From an uncultured Eggerthellaceae bacterium (GTDB lineage: Bacteria; Actinomycetota; Coriobacteriia; Coriobacteriales; Eggerthellaceae): a stretch of DNA of 64,000 bases. A model generated the notes under the pieces. The model did no database searches and had not been told where the DNA came from. It worked only from the letters and a program-made list of their open reading frames with translations. Shown piece after piece: positions 46,666 to 55,174 of the stretch. The stretch lies in the NCBI GenBank assembly GCA_947632575.1, contig CANRPV010000001.1:102-64101 (forward strand), written 5' to 3'. A program made the translations under genes and the position numbers. The number at the start of each line of letters is the position of its first letter. Within the stretch, counting starts at the first letter, position 1.

Positions 46666-47613
46666 ATGACGCTTCTCGACCTTTGCAAAATTCTCAAAAG
46701 AAACTGGCTGTTCATAGCCATTATCTCAGTGATCTGCGCCGTGGTATGCGGTGGCGTCATCATGATGATGCCGAAGACCTATCAAACCTCGGCGATCATC
46801 ACCGCTTCTGCGGAGGTAAACACCGTAGGAGGCATAGGACAGAGTGTCGCCGCTGAGAACTCAAGCAATCAGGGGCAGCTCAGCGCTTCCACCGACGCCA
46901 ATGCGAAGAAAGTCACGATAACCGCAAAGGGATCAAATCCGACGCAGTTGATGACCCTCGCGAATATTACCGCATATCAGGTGGTTCAAAAGGCCGAAGA
47001 ACTTTTCCCGGACACGGAAGAGGTCAATTACAGCTTCATGGTCACAAGGGCAAGCACCGCTTCTGATGTATCCCCCTCGGTGACGCGCTACGCGTTGGTG
47101 GCTTTTCTCGCGGGTCTGTTCGTCTCTATCTGCATTGTGATCATCGTGGATCTAGTTCGCCGGCCCATCAAAAGCAGTGCCGAGGTCGAGGAACTTCTCA
47201 GCGCCCCGGTGCTTGGGACGTTTGATTCTGATCCTCTTTCGACAAAAAGACTGCTTGCCAATATTCGCTTCGCGGTAGAGGATGCTGATAAGGTTGCGAT
47301 CATCGCCATAAGCGATTTCGATAGCGCCGATCAAATCTGTCAGGCCTTGAGCAAGGAAGCCAGTGCCGACGGAAGGCCGGTGCCGGAGTTTGTCGCTTGC
47401 CAGCCCTTCACCCAAAACATCGATTCATCCTATGTGGCTCATGAGGCTGGCCACTCCGTATTCGTGGCGCGTCAGTGGGTTGATTCACTCAATCAACTGG
47501 AAGCTGAGGCTCGGGAGTCTCTGCTGGCGGATGCCAAGATAGACGGTGTGGCTTTGCTGCCGGAGGGTGACGCCGCCAATGCTCACAAGGGGCTCGGCCG
47601 CATCATTCGCTAA
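46666..47613 (+). CDS. Wzz/YveK-like polysaccharide chain-length-determinant-family protein with an extra cytoplasmic C-terminal domain
   Basis: N-terminus LLDLCKILKRNWLFIAIISVICAVV...PKTYQTSA and a second TM at about residue 150. The C-terminal domain lacks a visible Walker A. Confidence 0.55.
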   Translation: MTLLDLCKILKRNWLFIAIISVICAVVCGGVIMMMPKTYQTSAIITASAEVNTVGGIGQSVAAENSSNQGQLSASTDANAKKVTITAKGSNPTQLMTLANITAYQVVQKAEELFPDTEEVNYSFMVTRASTASDVSPSVTRYALVAFLAGLFVSICIVIIVDLVRRPIKSSAEVEELLSAPVLGTFDSDPLSTKRLLANIRFAVEDADKVAIIAISDFDSADQICQALSKEASADGRPVPEFVACQPFTQNIDSSYVAHEAGHSVFVARQWVDSLNQLEAEARESLLADAKIDGVALLPEGDAANAHKGLGRIIR

Positions 47614-47648
47614 GCATTATCTGCTCAAGTTCTTTTTAGATCCGTCGG

Positions 47649-48413
47649 CTAAAAGTCGAAGACTTCTCCTACGTTATAGGGAATGACGAGATCCGCATAG
47701 CGATCTCTCGGGGTGGGGGTGCGGTTGATGATAACCAGATGATCACCGCCGAAATAGCCTACGAGGCTTGCCGCGGGGTTCACCACGAGGGAGGTTCCGG
47801 CAATAACAAGAAGCTTGGCTTTCCGGATGTCCAAAATAGCGCCTTGCATGATTTGGCCATTCAAAGGCTCCTCGTAAAGGACAACGTCGGGCTTTATGAT
47901 GCCGCGGCAAACGTTGCAACGAGGAATGCCATCCTCGGCGGCTTCGTGTGCGGCGATGGTCTCATTCAGGTCATATTCCTTGCCGCAGGCCATGCAGTAA
48001 TTCCGCAAAACGCTGCCATGAAGTTCCCAGACGCGCTTACTTCCTCCCGCCTGATGGAGACCGTCGATGTTTTGAGTGACCACCGAGCGCAGGATACCCT
48101 CTTTCTCGAGGGCGGCGAGCTTGCGATGCGCCTGATTGGGCTTCGCATCCGGATAGATCATACGATCGAAGTAGAAGCGGAAAAACTCGGAGGGGTGAGC
48201 GTCAAAGAAGCTGCGGCTGATCATGACCTCAGGGGGATAGGCATAGGACTGGTTATACAGGCCGTCGGTGCTTCGAAAGTCAGGGATGCCGCTTTCGGTC
48301 GAGACGCCGGCTCCTCCAAAAAATACCATTCCACCAGGAGGGCATTGGTTTACCCACTCACGGAAGGTCTCGATGGATTGCTCAAGCTCTGGACTGATTT
48401 CTTGGGGAGTCAT
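47649..48413 (-). CDS. cobB: NAD-dependent protein deacylase (Sir2 family)
   Basis: GGAGVSTESGIPDFRS, TQNIDGLH, Zn ribbon CxxC...CxxC. Confidence 0.9.
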   Translation of the reverse strand: MTPQEISPELEQSIETFREWVNQCPPGGMVFFGGAGVSTESGIPDFRSTDGLYNQSYAYPPEVMISRSFFDAHPSEFFRFYFDRMIYPDAKPNQAHRKLAALEKEGILRSVVTQNIDGLHQAGGSKRVWELHGSVLRNYCMACGKEYDLNETIAAHEAAEDGIPRCNVCRGIIKPDVVLYEEPLNGQIMQGAILDIRKAKLLVIAGTSLVVNPAASLVGYFGGDHLVIINRTPTPRDRYADLVIPYNVGEVFDF

Positions 48414-48562
48414 AATTGCCCTTTCTCATAGTCAGCTTGACGGTTATCATAGCAGCCCATAAAACTCGTGATACCAACCTTTGGTCGATGGTATATTCAT
48501 TTCGGATAGCTACCATGATGTAAGCCCATTTGTTTGAACCTTGAGATCCGCGTAAAGAAAGG

Positions 48563-49447
48563 ATGCCCATGGAAAACCAAGAAGCTTTGCATTCAACGAC
48601 TCCGTCCACAACCGCTCTCAGCGACGCGCTCAAACCTGATGCGCTCGCACCAGCCGCTATAGAGGCGAAGGCCGAAAATCTTGCCGTAGGCAAAGCTTCC
48701 ATGGAGCTTCCTAAGCTTTTTGTTCTCGCGATTATGGCAGGTATCTTTATCGCGTTTGGTGGGGTGTTCTTCTGTACGTTTTTAGGCGACGCGACGTTGC
48801 CCTTCGGTGTTCAGCGCGTGGTAGCTGGTCTGTGTTTTAGCCTCGGCCTTATTCTCGTGGTGTGTTGCGGGGCGGAGCTTTTCACGGGCAATGCCCTGAT
48901 GGTCTGTGGTCTTGCGAGTGGAAAGATCAAGCTTGCGGGCTTGCTGCGTAACTGGGTGGTGGTCTGGATCGGGAATTTCTGCGGCGCTCTTCTGATCGTC
49001 TGGATCGTGTTCATGGCTCATAGTGCCGATATGAATGGTGGAGAAGTGGGCGCGGTGATGATCTCAACGGCCGCCTCCAAAATCTCTCTTGATTGGTGGA
49101 CCATCTTTTTCAAGGGCATTATTTGCAACATCTTGGTCTGCGCCGCGGTTTGGATTAGCTTTGCCGGGCGCACTATCGTCGACAAGGTGGTCGGAGTCAT
49201 CTTTCCCATTACCGCATTTGTAGCCTGCGGCTTTGAGCACTGCGTCGCCAACATGTTCTTCTTGCCCATGGGAGTTGCCCTCAATGCCGCCGGATACGCC
49301 TCGACGGTGAATACGTCGATGCTCAATATCGGGGGGATTTTCTATAACCTTTCAGCAGCCACTTTGGGTAATATCGTAGGTGGTGCCTTGCTGATCGGCA
49401 TGACCTATTGGTTTGTCTATCACAAAAAGGCCGCCAAGGAGGCTTAA
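48563..49447 (+). CDS. focA: Formate/nitrite transporter family channel
   Basis: Six TM helices, GAELFTGN and FEHCVANMF signature motifs. Confidence 0.88.
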   Translation: MPMENQEALHSTTPSTTALSDALKPDALAPAAIEAKAENLAVGKASMELPKLFVLAIMAGIFIAFGGVFFCTFLGDATLPFGVQRVVAGLCFSLGLILVVCCGAELFTGNALMVCGLASGKIKLAGLLRNWVVVWIGNFCGALLIVWIVFMAHSADMNGGEVGAVMISTAASKISLDWWTIFFKGIICNILVCAAVWISFAGRTIVDKVVGVIFPITAFVACGFEHCVANMFFLPMGVALNAAGYASTVNTSMLNIGGIFYNLSAATLGNIVGGALLIGMTYWFVYHKKAAKEA

Positions 49448-49518
49448 GCTTCCGGCAAGGAGGCTCACGCTTTCGCCAAGGAGGCTCACGCTTTCGCCAG
49501 GGAGGCGCCTCAGCGCAT
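49435..49518. repeat. 21-bp tandem repeat x4 spanning the focA stop codon and the focA-queD spacer
   Basis: CAAGGAGGCTTAAGCTTCCGG / CAAGGAGGCTCACGCTTTCGC (x2, identical) / CAGGGAGGCGCCTCAGCGCAT. Confidence 0.9.
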
Positions 49519-49538
49519 TAGTCCTAAAGGATGACCTT

Positions 49539-49967
49539 ATGTACACCTTAAAGACCGAAGCTCATTTTGACTCAGCCCATTTCCTCGCCGACTATTTCGG
49601 TAAATGCGAGAATCTCCATGGTCATCGCTTTAAGGTGGTAGTCTCCATCAGCTCGTCGACCTTGCAAGACTCGGGCTCCATGAAGGATATGGTGCTTGAT
49701 TTTGGTCTTTTCAAGCGTGAGGTGAGCGAGGTGGTGGCCGAATATGACCACACGTTTCTTTACGAGGACGGCACCTTGAAATCGGAGACGGTACGATGTT
49801 TGGAGGATGAGGGTTTCTCGTTGACGCCACTTCCTTTCCGGCCCACGGCCGAAAACCTTGCCCGTTCGATCGCCGATAAGCTGATCGATCGAGGTTTGCC
49901 AATCTGCGAGGTGGAGGTTTATGAGACCCCTCTAAACTGCGCGATCTATCGGGTAGAAGAGAACTAG
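49539..49967 (+). CDS. queD: 6-carboxy-5,6,7,8-tetrahydropterin synthase
   Basis: ATG 49539 (MYTLKTEAHFDSAHFL...CENLHGHRF). The longer ORF start only translates the tandem repeat. Confidence 0.85.
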   Translation: MYTLKTEAHFDSAHFLADYFGKCENLHGHRFKVVVSISSSTLQDSGSMKDMVLDFGLFKREVSEVVAEYDHTFLYEDGTLKSETVRCLEDEGFSLTPLPFRPTAENLARSIADKLIDRGLPICEVEVYETPLNCAIYRVEEN

Positions 49968-50014
49968 GCACATTGATTGAGCGAAGGATATAAAAAGAGC
50001 TAAAGGAGTACAGG

Positions 50015-50941
50015 ATGTTCGGTACGAATCTTGATTCCATTGTTGATGGTATAGAGAAAAACTACGAAGCTGATGAGATGTTCTTCACCAAACCGGGGAG
50101 GGAGTTTCCCAGTCGCAGTAAGGTGAAAGAGGTGCTCTACGGCATTCGTCGCGTGATGTTTCCCGGCTATTTCGGCGAGGAGATGCTCTCGCCTTCCACG
50201 AGTCCTCGCTATTTCATCGGGGAGATGCTCATCCAGGCTGAGCGAACCTTGAACCAACAGGTGAGGCTCGCATTCGCCTATCAAAACGAAGAGGATCTCT
50301 GCGATCAGGATGTGGCAGAACAAGCCGACCGTGTCTGCTCGGAGTTCTTCTCCTGCTTGCCAGAGATACAGCGCTTGCTGCTCACCGACGTGGAAGCGCT
50401 CTATGAGGGCGACCCCGCGGCGGGAAGCAAAGAAGAGGTGATTTTCGCTTATCCCGGACTCTTCGCGATCTATGTTTATCGCGTGGCTCATGAGCTCTAC
50501 CGGCTCAAGGTGCCTTTCATCCCGCGCATTATGACCGAACACGCCCATGGCGCCACGGGCATCGACATCGCTCCTGGTGCGAACATCGGCGCCTACTTCT
50601 TCATCGACCATGGCACGGGTGTCGTCATCGGCGAGACCACGGTCATCGGCGATCACGTGAAGCTTTATCAGGGCGTGACCCTAGGCGCTCTCTCCACCCG
50701 TGATGGACAAAAGTTGCGGGGGACGAAACGCCACCCCACCATCGAGGACAACGTCACCATCTACTCCAACGCCAGTGTTTTGGGCGGAGAGACCGTCATC
50801 GGCGAAGGCACCGTCATCGCTGGCTCCATCTTCGTCACGAAGTCGGTGCCGCCTCATTCACGAGTGAGCGTGAAGGAACAGGAGATCACCATCCGCACGA
50901 GGACTGTGGCGGAGGAATCTTCTGAGATCGAGATGGCGTAA
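50015..50941 (+). CDS. cysE: Serine O-acetyltransferase
   Basis: N-terminal SATase helical domain and hexapeptide repeats (GIDIAPGANIG..IDHGTGVVIGETTVIGDHVKLYQGVTLG). Confidence 0.9.
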   Translation: MFGTNLDSIVDGIEKNYEADEMFFTKPGREFPSRSKVKEVLYGIRRVMFPGYFGEEMLSPSTSPRYFIGEMLIQAERTLNQQVRLAFAYQNEEDLCDQDVAEQADRVCSEFFSCLPEIQRLLLTDVEALYEGDPAAGSKEEVIFAYPGLFAIYVYRVAHELYRLKVPFIPRIMTEHAHGATGIDIAPGANIGAYFFIDHGTGVVIGETTVIGDHVKLYQGVTLGALSTRDGQKLRGTKRHPTIEDNVTIYSNASVLGGETVIGEGTVIAGSIFVTKSVPPHSRVSVKEQEITIRTRTVAEESSEIEMA

Positions 50942-50995
50942 GAGATCGAATCAGCGTAAAAGATTGAGATAACGTTAGAGATTGAGACTGCGTAA
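50924..50995. repeat. 18-bp tandem repeat x4 beginning with the last five codons plus stop of cysE
   Basis: GAGATCGAGATGGCGTAA / GAGATCGAATCAGCGTAA / AAGATTGAGATAACGTTA / GAGATTGAGACTGCGTAA. Confidence 0.9.
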
Positions 50996-51131
50996 CCCTT
51001 TCCGCAGCGCCATTTCCACGCTCAAACCAACAAGCTCTCATGTGCTCGCGTGCTCATGTTCTTGCGTTTGTGCGCCAGCAGGATGTATGCTGGCGCACTT
51101 TTTGCTGGTACTGCAAGGCCATTACAAGGCA

Positions 51132-54100
51132 TTACAAAGCGAAGTAGCTCACGCCGCCTTCGAAGATAGGTTGGTAAACCTCGAAAGGTACGTTTTTATA
51201 AAGACGCTCGCCGGCGCGCTCCGAATGGCCCATCTTGCCGAGGATACGTCCATCGGGGCTTGTTATGCCTTCGATGGCCCAGGAGGAGCCGTTGGGATTG
51301 TAGGCGAGATCCATGGAAGGATTACCTTCTGGGTCAACATACTGGAAGGCGATCTGTCCAGCATCGGCCAGAGACTTGAGCAAGGTCTCATCGGCTACGA
51401 AGCGTCCCTCGCCATGGCTGATCGCCACCGACTGAATATCTCCCAGTGAGCACTTGGAAAGCCATGGGGAAAGCGTGGATGCGACTCTCGCATGAACCAA
51501 ACGGCTTTGATGGCGTCCGATGGAATTAAATGTCAGCGTCGGACACTGGGCGTCCATGGGCCGAATATCGCCATAGGGCAGAAGTCCAAGTTTGACTAGG
51601 GCTTGGAAACCGTTGCAAATCCCGAGCATGAGACCGTCGCGATGGAAAAGCAGATCTCGAACGGCTTCAGTGACTACCGGGGCACGGAAGAAGGCGGTGA
51701 TGAATTTCGCCGAGCCGTCCGGCTCATCACCACTGGAAAAGCCACCCGGGATCATTATGATCTGGCTCTTTTTGATTGCCTCGGCAAACGCGCGGCAACT
51801 TTGAGCGATAGCGTCGGGGCTCAGGTTGTTGATGACGAGAACCTCCGAGTCCGCCCCAGCTTGACGGAAGGCCTTTTCGGTGTCGTATTCGCAATTGCTT
51901 CCAGGGAACACGGGAATAATCACATGAGGCTTGCCGTCGGCAGCCAGGTGCGGGCCTCTCTGAGAGCTTGAATCATTGGCATTGGCATCGAAGCTGATCT
52001 TGGGTGCAGCTGGAGCCTGGGCAAGACTTTCTGCGCTGCTCCGATAGGGGAAGATGTCCTCGAGCGTAGACTCCCAGCGTTCCTGGAGTTTTGCAAGATC
52101 AACGCTGAGTTCGGCGCTTTGACCGCTCGCTTTGAATTCGTAGCTATAGGATTCGGTCGTAGTGCCTATTGTGAGGATCTCGACGCCACTGTTTTCAGCG
52201 GATTCCAAGACCTTGCGAACTTGATCGTTTTCAGTTCCGCCGCTCAGTTCGATGACCATTGAACCGTAGGAGGAAATGAAGAGGTCATCAGCGGAGAAAT
52301 CCGGCGTAAAGGCAATGCCGAGCTGATTGCCGACAGCCATTTTGAATAAAGTCTCCGCTAGCGCGCCGTAACCAGGGGTGGCGAGGGAGAGTGCCTGTTG
52401 CGTCTCGATGAGAGCCTCCGAGGCATCAAGTACCGCAAGAAGCGAAGACTCCTCGGGCAGTAAGCCATCCTCCTGATAGCGGGGACGTAGCCAGATAACA
52501 GAGCTCGTGGGTTTTTTGAATTCGGGTGAATGGATTCGCTCGGCTGATCCAACCGCCGTGGCGAAACTTACCAAGGTAGGAGGAACATCGAGATCTTCGA
52601 AGGAGCCGGACATAGAGTCTTTGCCGCCGATGGATGCCACTTCAAGATCCAGTTGAGCCTTAAGGGCACCGAGCACGGCAGCGGTGGGCTGGCCCCAGCG
52701 CTTCGGCTCATCGCGCAGGCGCTCGAAGTACTCCTGGAAACTTAGGTAGGAGCGACTGCGAGAAAATCCGGATGCGACCAGTCGGGCGACGCTTTCCACC
52801 ACAGCGAGATACGCGCCCCTATAAGGATCCGCTTGACTCAAATAGGGATTGAATCCCCAGGCCATTCCCGAGGCGGTCGAAGTTTTCCCCGCCACGGGGA
52901 GCAAAGCCGCCATGGCTTGAGGTGCGGTGAGTTGAGTCTTGCCGCCAAAAGCCATGAGCACGGTGGCGGCGCCGATCGAGGCATCGAAGCGCTCGGAGAG
53001 TCCCTTGTTTGACGCGACGTTGATGTCAGTCATCACCTGGGTTAGGCGCTCCTCCACCGAGGCACCCTTTGGCAAAGTCCAGGGAGCTTCGTAGGGCCTT
53101 CCCGCGACGACGTGGGCACGTGCGTGTTTGGGCGCGCCGTTGGATGCCAGAAAATCGCGGCTCAGGTCGACGATGGTGTCACCGCGCCAGCTCATACGCA
53201 CCCGCGGGATCTCGGTTACCGTCGCGATCGCAGTGGCTTCAAGGTTTTCCTCCGTGGCGTAGGTGATGAACTGATCGACGTCATCGGCGGCGAGCGCCAC
53301 GGCCATACGCTCCTGGCTCTCCGAGATTGCAAGCTCGGTGCCGTCGAGACCTTCGTATTTCTTCGGCACCTTATCTAGGTTGATAGTCACTCCATCAGCC
53401 AGTTCACCGATAGCGACCGACACGCCGCCAGCACCGAAGTCATTGCAGCGCTTGATGAGACGGCACGCGTCCTTGCGGCGGAAGAGCCGTTGCAGTTGGC
53501 GCTCAACCGGGGCGTTGCCCTTTTGCACCTCGGCACCACAGGTCTCGATTGAGGAAGCGCTGTGAGCCTTCGAGGATCCGGTCGCGCCACCGATGCCGTC
53601 GCGACCGGTGCGGCCTCCCAAAAGCACGATGACATCTCCCGGTTGGGGAGTCTCGCGAAGTACGTGGTTTGCCGGGGTGGCGCCCACCACCGCGCCGATT
53701 TCCATACGCTTAGCCTCGTAGCCGGGATGATAGAGTTCGTTCACTTGGCCGGTGGCCAAGCCAATCTGATTGCCGTAGGAGGAATAACCTTGGGCCGCCT
53801 CGGTGACAATCTTGCGTTGAGGCAGCTTGCCCGGAAGCGTTTGGCTCACGGGCTTGCGTGGATCGGCGGCTCCGGTCACGCGCATGGCCTGATAGACATA
53901 GCTTCTTCCGGAGAGAGGATCTCGAATAGCTCCGCCGATGCAGGTGGCAGCCCCACCGAACGGCTCAATCTCGGTAGGATGATTGTGGGTTTCGTTCTTG
54001 AAGAGGTAGAGCCAATCCTCCTCTTTGCCATCCACATCCACTTTTACCTTGACCGTGCAGGCGTTGATCTCCTCGGACTCGTCGAGGTTCTTGAGCTTCC

Positions 54101-55082
54101 CTGACGCCTTGAGGGCTCTGGCCCCAATGGTGCCGAGGTCCATCAGGCTTTGAGGCTTTGATTCCCGATGCAGGTTTCGGCGAAGATTCAGATAGGTTTC
54201 ATAGGTCTTTTGCACCTCGGGATCTTCAATGGTGATGGAGTCGAGCTGCGTGTTAAAAGTGGTGTGGCGGCAATGGTCGGACCAGTAGGTGTCGATGACC
54301 TTGATCTCCGTGATCGAGGGATCCCGTTGCTCCTCGCGGAAATAGCGCTGGGTGAATTGAAGGTCCGCCAGGTCCATCGCAAGCCCGCGCTCGCTCAGAA
54401 ATGTCTTGAGCGTCTCTTCATCCCAGTCACGGAATCCATTGATGATCTCGACGGACGGTGGTTCCGGATAATTGGTCTGGAGCGTCGCCACCTCATCCAA
54501 GGAGGCCTCTCGGGCCTCAACCGGGTTGATCACGTAGTGCTTTATGGCTTGCAAATCCGCCTCGGTGAGGTCTCCTTGCAGCCCGTAGACGGTGGCGGTG
54601 CGCACCGTAGGACGTTCACCCTGGCTGAGCAGCTGAACGCATTGGCTGGCGGAGTCGGCCCGTTGATCGAACTGACCGGGAAGGTATTCGACGGCGAACA
54701 GAGCACTCACGTGTGAATCGTGGGAATTGCCGGAATCGTGGGAATTGCCGGAACCGTCGGAAGCGCTGCCATCGAGGGAATCGTCGGGATCGCGCGGCCC
54801 GTCAGATCCGCGCGATTTTCCAGCCGTCGCATCCACCTCACCAAGAGCTTCCGCTAATCCTGTCGGAAGCGTAAAGCTCACGGTATCTACCTGCGGCTCG
54901 CTAAAAACCGTCGGAACGCACTCCTGGAAGAGGGCTTCCGAGATACCTTCGACGTCGTAGCGATTTATCAGACGCACGCCGGTGAGGGTTTTGATGCCCA
55001 AAATATCCCTCAGCTCGGTAAGCAGGGATTGAGCCTCTCCATCGAAACCAGGCTTCTTCTCGACGTAGACTCGCAAAGCCAT
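51132..55082 (-). CDS. purL: Phosphoribosylformylglycinamidine synthase, single-chain large form
   Basis: 1316 aa. FGAM synthetase AIR-synthase-like domains (NETHNHPTEIEPFGGAATCIGG) and a C-terminal glutamine amidotransferase (GICNGFQ). An Asp/Ser/Gly-rich insertion lies near residues 85-120. Confidence 0.95.
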   Translation of the reverse strand: MALRVYVEKKPGFDGEAQSLLTELRDILGIKTLTGVRLINRYDVEGISEALFQECVPTVFSEPQVDTVSFTLPTGLAEALGEVDATAGKSRGSDGPRDPDDSLDGSASDGSGNSHDSGNSHDSHVSALFAVEYLPGQFDQRADSASQCVQLLSQGERPTVRTATVYGLQGDLTEADLQAIKHYVINPVEAREASLDEVATLQTNYPEPPSVEIINGFRDWDEETLKTFLSERGLAMDLADLQFTQRYFREEQRDPSITEIKVIDTYWSDHCRHTTFNTQLDSITIEDPEVQKTYETYLNLRRNLHRESKPQSLMDLGTIGARALKASGKLKNLDESEEINACTVKVKVDVDGKEEDWLYLFKNETHNHPTEIEPFGGAATCIGGAIRDPLSGRSYVYQAMRVTGAADPRKPVSQTLPGKLPQRKIVTEAAQGYSSYGNQIGLATGQVNELYHPGYEAKRMEIGAVVGATPANHVLRETPQPGDVIVLLGGRTGRDGIGGATGSSKAHSASSIETCGAEVQKGNAPVERQLQRLFRRKDACRLIKRCNDFGAGGVSVAIGELADGVTINLDKVPKKYEGLDGTELAISESQERMAVALAADDVDQFITYATEENLEATAIATVTEIPRVRMSWRGDTIVDLSRDFLASNGAPKHARAHVVAGRPYEAPWTLPKGASVEERLTQVMTDINVASNKGLSERFDASIGAATVLMAFGGKTQLTAPQAMAALLPVAGKTSTASGMAWGFNPYLSQADPYRGAYLAVVESVARLVASGFSRSRSYLSFQEYFERLRDEPKRWGQPTAAVLGALKAQLDLEVASIGGKDSMSGSFEDLDVPPTLVSFATAVGSAERIHSPEFKKPTSSVIWLRPRYQEDGLLPEESSLLAVLDASEALIETQQALSLATPGYGALAETLFKMAVGNQLGIAFTPDFSADDLFISSYGSMVIELSGGTENDQVRKVLESAENSGVEILTIGTTTESYSYEFKASGQSAELSVDLAKLQERWESTLEDIFPYRSSAESLAQAPAAPKISFDANANDSSSQRGPHLAADGKPHVIIPVFPGSNCEYDTEKAFRQAGADSEVLVINNLSPDAIAQSCRAFAEAIKKSQIIMIPGGFSSGDEPDGSAKFITAFFRAPVVTEAVRDLLFHRDGLMLGICNGFQALVKLGLLPYGDIRPMDAQCPTLTFNSIGRHQSRLVHARVASTLSPWLSKCSLGDIQSVAISHGEGRFVADETLLKSLADAGQIAFQYVDPEGNPSMDLAYNPNGSSWAIEGITSPDGRILGKMGHSERAGERLYKNVPFEVYQPIFEGGVSYFAL

Positions 55083-55174
55083 AGATCCGCCTTTCGCTTC
55101 AAATCATGCTTAGTCCTACCATGATAAAGCCTCGTGGGGATTTTGCGATCCTCATCTCTTGCGAGCTACCGCTT

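Noticed and set aside
47739-48431. 230-aa plus-strand ORF
   Set aside because: It is antisense to the Sir2 deacylase gene, which has all signature motifs.
49413-49538. N-terminal extension of queD (MSITKRPPRRLKLPARRLTLSPRRLTLSP...)
   Set aside because: It is simply a translation of the 21-bp tandem repeat in another frame. QueD homology starts at MYTLKTEAHFDSAH.
50000-51449. 218-aa minus-strand ORF and 155-aa plus-strand ORF
   Set aside because: They are antisense to cysE and to the 3' end of purL respectively. The plus-strand ORF also begins inside the 18-bp tandem repeat.
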